Source: a virus
Taxonomy: Duplodnaviria > Caudoviricetes
Reading direction: 5' to 3' (one strand)
Length of the DNA: 64,000 nt
Virus record (IMG/VR): IMGVR_UViG_3300042275_000095
Span: 1 to 64,000 of that record
The position numbers and the translations under genes were made by a program. Positions 55,266 through 64,000 of the stretch are shown piece by piece. Numbering within the stretch: the first letter of the stretch is position 1; every line of letters starts with the position of its first letter. The notes beneath the pieces were generated by a model that saw only the letters and a program-made list of their open reading frames with translations, was not told the origin of the DNA and made no database searches.

Positions 55266-55658
55266 ATGGAAGAGTTAACTAAGTTTGAACCTTATGGAGA
55301 ATCATTAATGATTAAAAGAGTTATTACAGTATCTAATTTAGCATTAAATGGAGTAGGTAAGGTAAAACCAGAACATGAGAAAGAAATTTCAATTACTATT
55401 GTAAAAGTGGGTAATGACAAATACAAAGATGTTATTGGTAAACGACCTATGTTTCCAAGTAATATGAAGCAGATGATGATTAATGGTAGTGCTACATTAG
55501 TATATGATATGGATAATAAGAAATCTATTCAATATTATCAGGAGCATAATAAAGAATCTAATGTAATAAAAGATAATAAAGAAATTGATATAACAGGTGT
55601 TACTGAGTTTGTAGATTATTTTATTGTAAATGCTAATTATTTAATTGGAATAAAATAG
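55266..55658 (+). CDS. GroES-like co-chaperonin-fold protein
   Basis: FEPYGESLMIKR (cf. LKPLGDRVLVKR), IVKVG, C-terminal NANYLIGI. Confidence 0.5.
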   Translation: MEELTKFEPYGESLMIKRVITVSNLALNGVGKVKPEHEKEISITIVKVGNDKYKDVIGKRPMFPSNMKQMMINGSATLVYDMDNKKSIQYYQEHNKESNVIKDNKEIDITGVTEFVDYFIVNANYLIGIK

Positions 55659-56083
55659 TGAGAAAAGACCGGATAATAACAAGTGCATTGAACGCAGCAG
55701 TTGAAGCGGCTAATGAATCAGGAGATAGTAGAATTAAAAAACTTAATAATTCTGATACATTAGATTTAGTTACGCTTATAATTAATCATCATACGATGTG
55801 TATTAGAGATGAGATGTTATCTGGTGAAGATAGAGTTATAATTCCTAAAATAGGAGCTTTCACTAAGAACAACAATAAAGCAATTTTTAATGATATAAAA
55901 AAGACGGTTTTAAATAAGCATGGATATTCTGATTGGATTGATGTACCTAAGCCTTTAAGACCGTCTATTTTAAGGGAGATAAACCTTATAGCAAAGGATA
56001 AATTTCAAAGCATTAAAAGAGCTAAAAAGGTTAAAGCTATTGATGTGTTGAATGAAAATAATATATCATTTAAAAAAGATTAA
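55658..56083 (+). CDS. HU/IHF-like DNA-binding protein
   Basis: MLSGEDRVIIPKIGAFT resembles the HU/IHF signature; GTG start overlapping the upstream stop. Confidence 0.6.
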   Translation: MRKDRIITSALNAAVEAANESGDSRIKKLNNSDTLDLVTLIINHHTMCIRDEMLSGEDRVIIPKIGAFTKNNNKAIFNDIKKTVLNKHGYSDWIDVPKPLRPSILREINLIAKDKFQSIKRAKKVKAIDVLNENNISFKKD

Positions 56084-56101
56084 ATTTTTTTACATTAATA
56101 G

Positions 56102-56132
56102 TTGTATATATTAAAAAGGTGTACTATCTTTG
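56102..56132 (+). promoter_or_regulatory. Bacteroidota housekeeping-sigma promoter
   Basis: TTG-N20-TATCTTTG, a perfect TAnnTTTG -7 element. Confidence 0.75.
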
Positions 56133-56157
56133 TAGTGAACTTAAAAATTTAAGCCTT

Positions 56158-56322
56158 ATGACAAATATTGTTGTTACTGAATCAGCAAGACAGGTAGTAA
56201 AATCAAATGGAAAAGCATTAAATTCTACTATTAGTGAAGTACGCAAATCTAAGAAATCTGAAGGTAGAACTAAATTAGGAATTACATTTAAGAGAATAGC
56301 AAATGCAATCTATTTGATGTAA
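56158..56322 (+). CDS. Small basic protein
   Basis: ATG 56158 lies downstream of the promoter (MTNIVVTESAR...). Confidence 0.55.
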   Translation: MTNIVVTESARQVVKSNGKALNSTISEVRKSKKSEGRTKLGITFKRIANAIYLM

Positions 56323-56323
56323 T

Positions 56324-56974
56324 ATGAAATTAGATAACAGATTTACACCTATATTAAAGGATGATGAAAATGCCGTAAGTATAAGTCTTCCACTATGTGA
56401 CAGAGCATATAGGGAATTATATGAAGACAAAGCCGACCCTATTCTAAGAGATAAGGAGTTGGCTTTTGTCGTATTAACTCAGTCACCTAGTAGTTCACTA
56501 GTTAAACAAGGGTTTGAAGGTGATGAGTTATTTGAAGCTGCTAGACGTGAATTAGGATTATCTAAATTGTGGAAACCATCAGAGAAGGTATTACATGCAA
56601 TACAACATTATAATAGTACAAATGGTTCTGCAATTGAAAAGTATGTAAAGAACTTACATAAACAATACAACAATAGAAATAAGAGTATTAGTATAATAGC
56701 TAAGAAAATAAAATTATTACAAAATCAAATTCATAGAGTTGAAGAGTTAGGAGATAACAATACTTCTATGGTATTAGAGTTAATAAATCAATTAGTTGAA
56801 TTAGAAAAATCAATAGATGTATTATCTAAATCTGTACCAGAACAAGTTAAAACTTTTAATAGTGCTATATCAGAACTACAAGAAGAGATGAAACGCAATG
56901 TTGTAACTCAAGGTGGTGGTATAGTAGATGATTCTATGGATCCTGACAAATCAGTTATAAATCAAAGATCATGA
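56324..56974 (+). CDS. Conserved helical protein of the packaging module (candidate terminase small subunit)
   Basis: 216 aa with a coiled coil, upstream of terL. Function inferred from position only. Confidence 0.45.
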   Translation: MKLDNRFTPILKDDENAVSISLPLCDRAYRELYEDKADPILRDKELAFVVLTQSPSSSLVKQGFEGDELFEAARRELGLSKLWKPSEKVLHAIQHYNSTNGSAIEKYVKNLHKQYNNRNKSISIIAKKIKLLQNQIHRVEELGDNNTSMVLELINQLVELEKSIDVLSKSVPEQVKTFNSAISELQEEMKRNVVTQGGGIVDDSMDPDKSVINQRS

Positions 56975-57951
56975 TGGTAGAAGAACGCATAATCTATTTT
57001 AATGAAGAATTGCATAAATATACCGATCAATTTAGTAATGTATATACAAGTGCTACAACTAAGTTAAGTGAATATGAACAAAAGCAAGACTTTAAAAAAA
57101 TAGCAATGGCTTGCGAAAGGATTGGTAAGAATCCAGAACATAGAAACTATTATAAATACAAAGGTAAAACTGCTCAACAATTATTGAAAGAGTGGAAACT
57201 AATTACCGACAACTCACTCGATAGAGGAAATACGGAACACAATTATTTAGAAATAAGTGTGAAATTAGCTAATGGGTTTGAGAGTAATTATAAAAAAGGT
57301 AAAAGTTTATCAATTGGAAATAAAGAATATACTAGAATGTATAGTATATATGATTTGAAAATAGGTAACTTAAATGATGTAGGAGAAATATCAATTGAAG
57401 AATTAAAAGTTCAGAATTTACATATACGATACCCTGATATATTTAATCTAATTGTCAGTTTACATAAAAAAGGATTTAAGTTTTATCCTGAGATAGTAGT
57501 CTATCATCCTGATTGGTTAATTTCAGGTATGGTAGATTTACTTGCTGTTAGAGGTAATGAATTTATAATTATTGATTGGAAAACTAATAAAGGAGATATA
57601 TCTTTTGAAGCGGGTTATTATGAGAAAGATTCTAATGGTGATATGACAAATGTATTTCATAAAACAGGTAAAACATTTAAATATCCTATTCAACATTTAC
57701 CTGCATCTACAGGTCATAAGTACTCATTACAATTATCATTATATGCATATTTCATTGAAAGGTTTGGATTTAAATTAAAAGGTTTATTATTATTTCATAT
57801 TACACATAACGAGATTAAAGAAAGTGACAATATAAGATGGAGAACTAAACCTATTAAAATTGAATACTTTAAAGATGAAATTGAAGCTATAGGTAATGAT
57901 ATAATATTAACAGGTGATAACCGTAATACTCAATATAATGCATTTAAATAA
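56971..57951 (+). CDS. PD-(D/E)xK (RecB/Cas4-like) nuclease
   Basis: RGNTEH, ISGMVDLL, IIDWKTN, YSLQLSLY. Confidence 0.85.
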   Translation: MMVEERIIYFNEELHKYTDQFSNVYTSATTKLSEYEQKQDFKKIAMACERIGKNPEHRNYYKYKGKTAQQLLKEWKLITDNSLDRGNTEHNYLEISVKLANGFESNYKKGKSLSIGNKEYTRMYSIYDLKIGNLNDVGEISIEELKVQNLHIRYPDIFNLIVSLHKKGFKFYPEIVVYHPDWLISGMVDLLAVRGNEFIIIDWKTNKGDISFEAGYYEKDSNGDMTNVFHKTGKTFKYPIQHLPASTGHKYSLQLSLYAYFIERFGFKLKGLLLFHITHNEIKESDNIRWRTKPIKIEYFKDEIEAIGNDIILTGDNRNTQYNAFK

Positions 57952-58477
57952 TAAGGAAGTTTTATGTATTTCATCTTTTTATGAATATTCAAATATTTAT
58001 AATAATATAAAAGATGATGTTGAATACGATATCCATATATATCAATGGATAGTAATAGAAAATAACTATTTACGAATCTGTAAAATAGATGGTATTTTAC
58101 CTGAAACTATTTATACAATTTCAGATGTTAGAGATTTAGTATTACCTGGTGTGTATAAATTACAATTACGTAAAGAAGATACACCTTTAACTATTAAATA
58201 TAGAACCTTATTTCCAAAATTATTTAAATACCATATAGAATTGGTTGTTCCAAATAGAACTGGGATATATTATCATATAGGTAATAAATTTAATCAGAGT
58301 GATGGTTGTGAATTAGTAGGAAATAAAATTATTAAATACAAACATAAATTTGATAATGACAAAACATATGTTTTAGAACAGGTATTAAACAGTAGAGTTA
58401 CATATAAACAAATGTACACTAATTTATTACCATTTTTAAATAATGATAATATAAATATATATATTCATATTCTATGA
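57914..58477 (+). CDS. DUF5675 family protein (L,D-transpeptidase-like, possible lysin)
   Basis: LPGVYKL...VPNRTGIYYHIGN....SDGCELVG. The start may be ATG 57938. Confidence 0.7.
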   Translation: MITVILNIMHLNNKEVLCISSFYEYSNIYNNIKDDVEYDIHIYQWIVIENNYLRICKIDGILPETIYTISDVRDLVLPGVYKLQLRKEDTPLTIKYRTLFPKLFKYHIELVVPNRTGIYYHIGNKFNQSDGCELVGNKIIKYKHKFDNDKTYVLEQVLNSRVTYKQMYTNLLPFLNNDNINIYIHIL

Positions 58478-60786
58478 CAATAGGAAAGGAATTTGTATTT
58501 GATTATCCAAGTGCTTTTATAAACTTTATAAATGAAGATAAAAGTCAATATAAAAGAGCTAAGGATTGTATTAATCCTTTAACAGGTAAAAAATATATTG
58601 ATCCAAATGATGAATTTTTAGTAGGTAAAAGTGGAGGCATATTGATGGATATGTCTTTTACTTTTGTTAATACTCATTTATTAAGAAAGCCAGCTTTAGA
58701 ATATTTATCTAAAGGTAGATATACAGGAGCAAAAAGAGGTTCGTCTGAATATGATAAATTTAGACGCAGAGAAGAGTATTTTAGATATTATGGTTATGAT
58801 GCCATGTGTAAAAAAACATTAGATGGTAAAATAGAAAAACTTCATATCACAGGTGAACACTATAATTTCATTAACTATGGACGTATAATGTTACTTGATG
58901 AAAGTAAGATACGAAAAGGGTTATTGAATGTAGCTAAAGAAGAATCTATACCTATATTTATAGATGCTCAATATTGGTATTTTAAATCTAAAGAGTTTGC
59001 TAAATTAAATTCATTTCATTTTATAGTAGGTAAAGCGAGACGTGGTGGATATAGCTATATGGAAGCTATTGATTCTGCTAATATTGTTAATTTAATACCA
59101 AAGATTACAGTTATACATGGTGCATTTGATAAGAAATATCTTACTCAAGGTAACTCTATATCAGGTATGGCACGTACTCAGTTAAACTTCTATGAACAAT
59201 CTACACCTTTTAATAGATGTGGTTATAAGAAACATAAGCAAGGGTTTTATTATCCATCTGGTTTATTAAAAAAGGATTTAGAGGAAATTAAATTAGGATA
59301 TAAATATATAGATGGAACTGAAGGTGGATATTTAAGTAAGATATTAGCAATATCATTCTTTAATAATAAAGATGCAGCTATTGGAAAAGATGGTATTCGT
59401 ATTAAACTAGAAGAGCTATCTAACTTTGAAAACTTTGATGGTGTAATGGGTGTACTAGAACCTACTACAAGAACAGGTTCATATACTACAGGTTTTATTG
59501 TTGCATTTGGTACTGGTGGTTCAGAAGAAGGTAAATGGATAATCTTTGAACGTAATTTCTATAATCCAATGCGACATAAGTTTTTAATGTTTGAAAATGT
59601 ATGGGATAAAGATAGAAGAAATACAGTATGTGGTTTCTTTAAACCTTATTGGTGGGGATTACAAGGTACAATAAATAATAAGTATGCATTAGATGAAGAT
59701 GGTAATAGTAATTATGATGTAGCTATTGAGATATCTAAGAATGAGCGTAGAATTAAATTTGAAGATGGAGATGTAACAGAATCTGATTTCACTTTATATT
59801 GTGGTCAATATGCAAACCATCCATCTGAAGCATTTAGTGGATCAACTTCTGGTATTTTTAGTAGTCAAGATTTAAGTAATCATATAAGTGATGTTTTATC
59901 TAATTCAGCTCATAAATATTATAGTGATGGTGTTTTAGGAGTAGTTGATGGAGTAGTTCAATTTATAAGCAATGATTCAATAAAAGCTAATAAATTAGAT
60001 TATGAAATTCATCCTTATGTAGATGATGTACCTGTTAAAGGAGGACAAGATGTCCATGGATGTGTTAGAATATGGCATCATCCTAATATTCCAAATGGTG
60101 AAAAAGGTACTGATATTTATTATGGTATAGCTGACCCTGTAGCTATAGATAAAAATAAAGATAGTATAGGGGTTAAAGATTCATTAAATTCATTTCAAAT
60201 ATGGATGCAACCACGTAGAGGTACTAGAACAACAGGTGATATATTAGTTGCTACATATAGAGGTCGTAAAGACAGAACTGAAGATACAGATAGAATATTT
60301 TTATATATGCTTATTTATTACAACTGTAGAGGATTAGTAGAAATTAACAGAGGTAATTTAAAATCTAATTTTAATAAATGGGGAAGGTCACATATGTTAT
60401 ATCGTAATCCTCTTCGTATGTTAGAACAATTAGAACGAGATGGCTATGTAGATGAAAGTAATATACCTATAGGTTTAAATATGTCAGGTTCATTAAAAGA
60501 CGATACATTACTTCAATTAAAGTCTTTTATTTATACTATGTACACTACTGATGCAGATGATACGATTAGATTCATTTTACATGATATATCTGAAATTAGT
60601 ATATTACGAGAATTGGATAAATTTGATGTTAATGGTAACTTCGATACACTTAGTGCATTATTATTATTAATGGTATTAAGAGCCTATATATTAGCAATAA
60701 CTAAAGAAGATGTTGATAAAGCATTGAATATGAATGATGCAATTAATAGAACCTCATCAATAGTTGATGAATTAGGACTAATTTAA
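58474..60786 (+). CDS. terL: Terminase large subunit
   Basis: ITGEHYNFINY, Walker A GKARRGGYSY, Walker B IKLEE, FGTGG, nuclease GIADP; crAss-type. Confidence 0.93.
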   Translation: MTIGKEFVFDYPSAFINFINEDKSQYKRAKDCINPLTGKKYIDPNDEFLVGKSGGILMDMSFTFVNTHLLRKPALEYLSKGRYTGAKRGSSEYDKFRRREEYFRYYGYDAMCKKTLDGKIEKLHITGEHYNFINYGRIMLLDESKIRKGLLNVAKEESIPIFIDAQYWYFKSKEFAKLNSFHFIVGKARRGGYSYMEAIDSANIVNLIPKITVIHGAFDKKYLTQGNSISGMARTQLNFYEQSTPFNRCGYKKHKQGFYYPSGLLKKDLEEIKLGYKYIDGTEGGYLSKILAISFFNNKDAAIGKDGIRIKLEELSNFENFDGVMGVLEPTTRTGSYTTGFIVAFGTGGSEEGKWIIFERNFYNPMRHKFLMFENVWDKDRRNTVCGFFKPYWWGLQGTINNKYALDEDGNSNYDVAIEISKNERRIKFEDGDVTESDFTLYCGQYANHPSEAFSGSTSGIFSSQDLSNHISDVLSNSAHKYYSDGVLGVVDGVVQFISNDSIKANKLDYEIHPYVDDVPVKGGQDVHGCVRIWHHPNIPNGEKGTDIYYGIADPVAIDKNKDSIGVKDSLNSFQIWMQPRRGTRTTGDILVATYRGRKDRTEDTDRIFLYMLIYYNCRGLVEINRGNLKSNFNKWGRSHMLYRNPLRMLEQLERDGYVDESNIPIGLNMSGSLKDDTLLQLKSFIYTMYTTDADDTIRFILHDISEISILRELDKFDVNGNFDTLSALLLLMVLRAYILAITKEDVDKALNMNDAINRTSSIVDELGLI

Positions 60787-60795
60787 GACATTGTA

Positions 60796-63216
60796 ATGGA
60801 AAATAGAAGTAAAGATATACCGGAACAAAGAGTATCATTAAATAAAAAACTTACAAGTGCTAATTGGTATGAACCAACTATTGATTATTGGATAGACCTT
60901 GCACAAAGAACTGCTCAACCATATCAAAAAATAGCAAATGAATCTTTAGATATAGCAAATGGTGATATTGACCCTAATGAATATAAACATATAATGTCAC
61001 CATTAGCTAAATCAAGTGATGAAAAAGTCAGAAGTCTTAAATTGACCACTCCAATGAGGTCTACAGATTTCATATCTGCAATTAGAGATAAATCATTAGG
61101 TGAATATATAGAATTACCATTTCCAGTAACAGTTATATCTAATAGTGAAAAGGCAATTATACGTAAAAAGAACTTTGTTAAACGTAAATTAATGGCTTAT
61201 GCAGTTGAACGTTTCATGTCAGAAGTTAATAAGATAAAACAGCAAGCTGAACAACAGGGTCAGGAAGTAACTGAAGATATGTTTCCTGATTCTGAAACTT
61301 ACGTTAATGAAGTAATTGAAGAGTTTTTAAATAATAAAGCTGATGTAGACGCTAAGATATTAAAATTAATACGTAATGAAGTAGATTTTGAAATTAAGAG
61401 AAGTGAAGCATATGTTAATTGGTGGATGACTGAACAGTTTTATACCATGTGTGGAATTGAAGGTAATAATGTAACATATGATATTATACCTGTAACTGAA
61501 GGATTCCCTGTTTGTCAATATGGAGAGAATGTAGAAGACGGAGATGCATTTCTATATAAGTATAGATTATCTTATAATCAAATGGTTGATGAATACAGAG
61601 ACCAATTAAGTAATTCTGATATGATGTTACTTAATCATATAGAAAATGCAACAGGTAAGAATGGAGCAGTAGCTAGTTTTGGTTTAACATATGGTGATTT
61701 TATAAAAGCATTTCCTAATAGAGCAGGCAGAACTGATGATTTAGCATATAAAAATTCATTAAGTGAATGGACTAATGAAACTGTATTAATACATAAATTA
61801 TTTTTTAAGAGTGAAACTAAAGTTAAAATTGTAACATATATTGATTTAGATGGCTCACAAAAGGATATTGTATTACCTGCTGATTATAAACTCAACCCTG
61901 AAATAGGTGATATTACTTTTAGATATGATTGGATAAATGTAGTATTTGAAGCTACTAGGATTGGTGATACAACTACTGGTTTATATATACCACCTCGTAT
62001 AATACCTGTTCAATTAAGTGATAGAAATAACCCATCACGTTGTAAATTACCTGTAGGCGGTAGAGTGGGATTAGTAAAAGGAATTAAATTAAAACCTGTA
62101 CCGATAAGACTAAAACCTTATCAAATTATTGATAATATATTAGTTAATAGAATTGAAGCTGAAATTGCAAAATATCAATCATTTATTGAAGCTATACCTA
62201 AGAGTGCGTTAGCTGCAATGGATGATAGTATAGGTAAAGCATTTTATTCTATTAAGAATAACAGTTTGATGATATATGATGATGATAAATTGAAACCTCA
62301 AGAATTAGTAAATGGAGTTAGATTTATTGTCAATGATAGTTTATATAACTACATTAAAGTTCTTATGGAATTAAGAGATAAGAACAAAGAAGATGCATAT
62401 GATACAAGCAGTGTGAATAATGATAGTTTAGGTAACATAGATACTAAATCTGTTAAAGGTAATGTAGAATATAATATTGCTAGAGCTAGATTGGGTATGG
62501 TATTAGGGGTTCAATTGTTTAACAATGCTTTATCTAAAGATTTAACAAAATTATTAGAATATAGTAAAATAGCATGGGAACGTGGTAAGGCAGGTCATAT
62601 AGAAAACAAAGATGGTAAGTTAGAAAACTTCTCTGTTAATATTGAAGAACACATGGAATCTGAATATGGAATCTTTGTTAAGAATTCTAAATCATCTCAA
62701 GATAAGATTAACCACTATGTACAATTAGCACAAGCTGGGGCTCAAAATGATATGATGGAGTTAGCAATAGAGAGTGTTGACTTTGATAATATGCCAGGTG
62801 CTAAACAAACATTGCTAGATGCTATTAAAGCTAAACGTGACTTTGATCGTGAAATGGCAGAATATAATCGTAAGAGTGCATCTGAGAATATTCAAGCACA
62901 AGTTCAAGATAAACAAGCTCAACGTCAACATGAAATACAATTAGAACAACTTAAACAGGAGTATGAAACTCAACGTGAAAGTATGAAGCTTGAAATGCAA
63001 ATGATAATTGAACAAATGAAATTAGCAGGTGCATCTTCTGAAGGTAATGTAGATAGTCAATATCTTAAAACATTACAAGAATTACAAAAAGATAAAGCAC
63101 AAGAGTTGAAACAATTAGATTTAAAATTCAAAGAACGTAAACATAAAGAAGATTTAGCATTTAAGAATAAGCAATTACAGACACAAAAAGAAATAGCTAA
63201 GATGAATAAAAATTAA
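60796..63216 (+). CDS. Portal protein
   Basis: 806 aa directly after terL; PEQRVS N-terminus, CKLP motif and long C-terminal helical barrel typical of crAss portals. Confidence 0.88.
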   Translation: MENRSKDIPEQRVSLNKKLTSANWYEPTIDYWIDLAQRTAQPYQKIANESLDIANGDIDPNEYKHIMSPLAKSSDEKVRSLKLTTPMRSTDFISAIRDKSLGEYIELPFPVTVISNSEKAIIRKKNFVKRKLMAYAVERFMSEVNKIKQQAEQQGQEVTEDMFPDSETYVNEVIEEFLNNKADVDAKILKLIRNEVDFEIKRSEAYVNWWMTEQFYTMCGIEGNNVTYDIIPVTEGFPVCQYGENVEDGDAFLYKYRLSYNQMVDEYRDQLSNSDMMLLNHIENATGKNGAVASFGLTYGDFIKAFPNRAGRTDDLAYKNSLSEWTNETVLIHKLFFKSETKVKIVTYIDLDGSQKDIVLPADYKLNPEIGDITFRYDWINVVFEATRIGDTTTGLYIPPRIIPVQLSDRNNPSRCKLPVGGRVGLVKGIKLKPVPIRLKPYQIIDNILVNRIEAEIAKYQSFIEAIPKSALAAMDDSIGKAFYSIKNNSLMIYDDDKLKPQELVNGVRFIVNDSLYNYIKVLMELRDKNKEDAYDTSSVNNDSLGNIDTKSVKGNVEYNIARARLGMVLGVQLFNNALSKDLTKLLEYSKIAWERGKAGHIENKDGKLENFSVNIEEHMESEYGIFVKNSKSSQDKINHYVQLAQAGAQNDMMELAIESVDFDNMPGAKQTLLDAIKAKRDFDREMAEYNRKSASENIQAQVQDKQAQRQHEIQLEQLKQEYETQRESMKLEMQMIIEQMKLAGASSEGNVDSQYLKTLQELQKDKAQELKQLDLKFKERKHKEDLAFKNKQLQTQKEIAKMNKN

Positions 63217-63301
63217 ATTTAAGTTACAATATATACTGAATTGATTGTAAATAAGAATACCTATAATATATATTAATTAATAACTTAACAATTAACTGAT
63301 T

Positions 63302-64000
63302 ATGACAGATGTTAAAATTGAAAAAACAAATCTTTTGAACAGTGAATTAAACATAGTACAATTGGGAGTTGATTTTAAACTTCCTAATTTCTATGCATTA
63401 GATGTATCAGGTGGAAATAATAATTCTGATAATAATTCTGATAATACTTCTGATAATGATAATTCAGATAATAATTCAGATAATAATTCAGATAACAATA
63501 AAATTGATAATTCAACTACTGATAAATCTAAAAATGTAAATACTAATAATTCAGATAATAATACATTTTCAACTGATGGACTTGAATCAATAACCCTTGA
63601 AGGAGAAAAAGATGATTATTATTTGAGTGCTAATGGTGAAGTAGTTAACAATAAAGGTGAAGTTAAATACAGTAAAGAAGAATATGACAAGCTAGTTGCT
63701 AATAATGTTGTTGATGATGTACCTGATGGTTACACTTTAGTTGAGGTAGATGGTTTTGATGAAACTGTTTATTTAAATGAAAATAAAGAATTAGTAAATG
63801 CAAAAGGTGAAGTATTAAAAACTGCTGATGAAGTAGAAGCTGAATATGATATGGGAAATGATGATACAAACCCATTTATTGAAGGTTTAAGAAGTACTAA
63901 TTTATTTGAAGATGTAGATTCTTTAGAATTTACACCTGATAGTGTAACTAGTGTTGTAAATACTGCATATGATAAAGGTGTTAATAAAGGTAAAGATGTA
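63302..64000 (+). CDS. Acidic low-complexity protein after the portal (probable scaffold), 3'-truncated
   Basis: ATG 63302 (MTDVKIEKTN...) is open to the window end; rich in N/D/S. Confidence 0.65.
   Translation, partial: MTDVKIEKTNLLNSELNIVQLGVDFKLPNFYALDVSGGNNNSDNNSDNTSDNDNSDNNSDNNSDNNKIDNSTTDKSKNVNTNNSDNNTFSTDGLESITLEGEKDDYYLSANGEVVNNKGEVKYSKEEYDKLVANNVVDDVPDGYTLVEVDGFDETVYLNENKELVNAKGEVLKTADEVEAEYDMGNDDTNPFIEGLRSTNLFEDVDSLEFTPDSVTSVVNTAYDKGVNKGKDV
63417..63500 (+). repeat. In-frame 12-bp repeats (NNSD)n
   Basis: aataattc(t/a)gat repeated about 6 times. Confidence 0.85.

Noticed and set aside
56119-56157. GTG start at 56119 for the small basic ORF
   Set aside because: It overlaps the -7 promoter element; ATG 56158 is more plausible.
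34598-63216. Inteins or self-splicing introns in polB, terL or portal
   Set aside because: The ORFs are continuous with ordinary lengths, and no LAGLIDADG, HNH or intein terminal motifs were seen.
1-64000. Stop-codon reassignment (TAG/TGA), known in some crAss-like phages
   Set aside because: Coding density is high in the standard code, marker genes are full length, and TAG and TGA both end genes (e.g. 24341, 56974).
1-64000. Diversity-generating retroelement, integrase or transposase
   Set aside because: No reverse transcriptase (YxDD context), recombinase or transposase motifs, and no TR/VR pair noticed in this window.

Overview
This is an AT-rich (roughly 27-30% GC by eye), standard-code segment of a crAss-like (Crassvirales) bacteriophage, probably infecting a Bacteroidota host. 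There are four blocks. (1) 1-24341 (+): large virion/ejection proteins ending in a 5780-aa virion RNA polymerase polyprotein (GADFDID catalytic loop, HExxH zincin, PD-(D/E)xK domain). (2) 24409-54478 (-): a replication/nucleotide module (dUTPase, DUF932-like, primase, SSB/annealing proteins, degenerate SF2 helicase, PolB, family-4 UDG, Dda-like helicase) and about 35 small hypothetical early genes with structured intergenic elements. (3) 54479-55265: a divergent control region. (4) 55266-64000 (+): packaging/head module (GroES-like, HU/IHF-like, nuclease, DUF5675, terminase, portal, start of a probable scaffold). The main unexplained signals are: a fixed-length 24-bp motif YCCC-N4-GG-R7-GAWG(C/G) present 7 times on both strands, including inside genes; two homologous ~47-nt anticodon-less tRNA-elbow mimics in the early region; a cluster of large-loop stem RNAs whose U-rich loops look antisense to translation-start regions; long G-free/C-free tracts flanking the earliest genes; and a caspase-fold cysteine protease encoded directly upstream of the RNAP polyprotein. 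All protein calls come from motif recognition by eye, with no database search.
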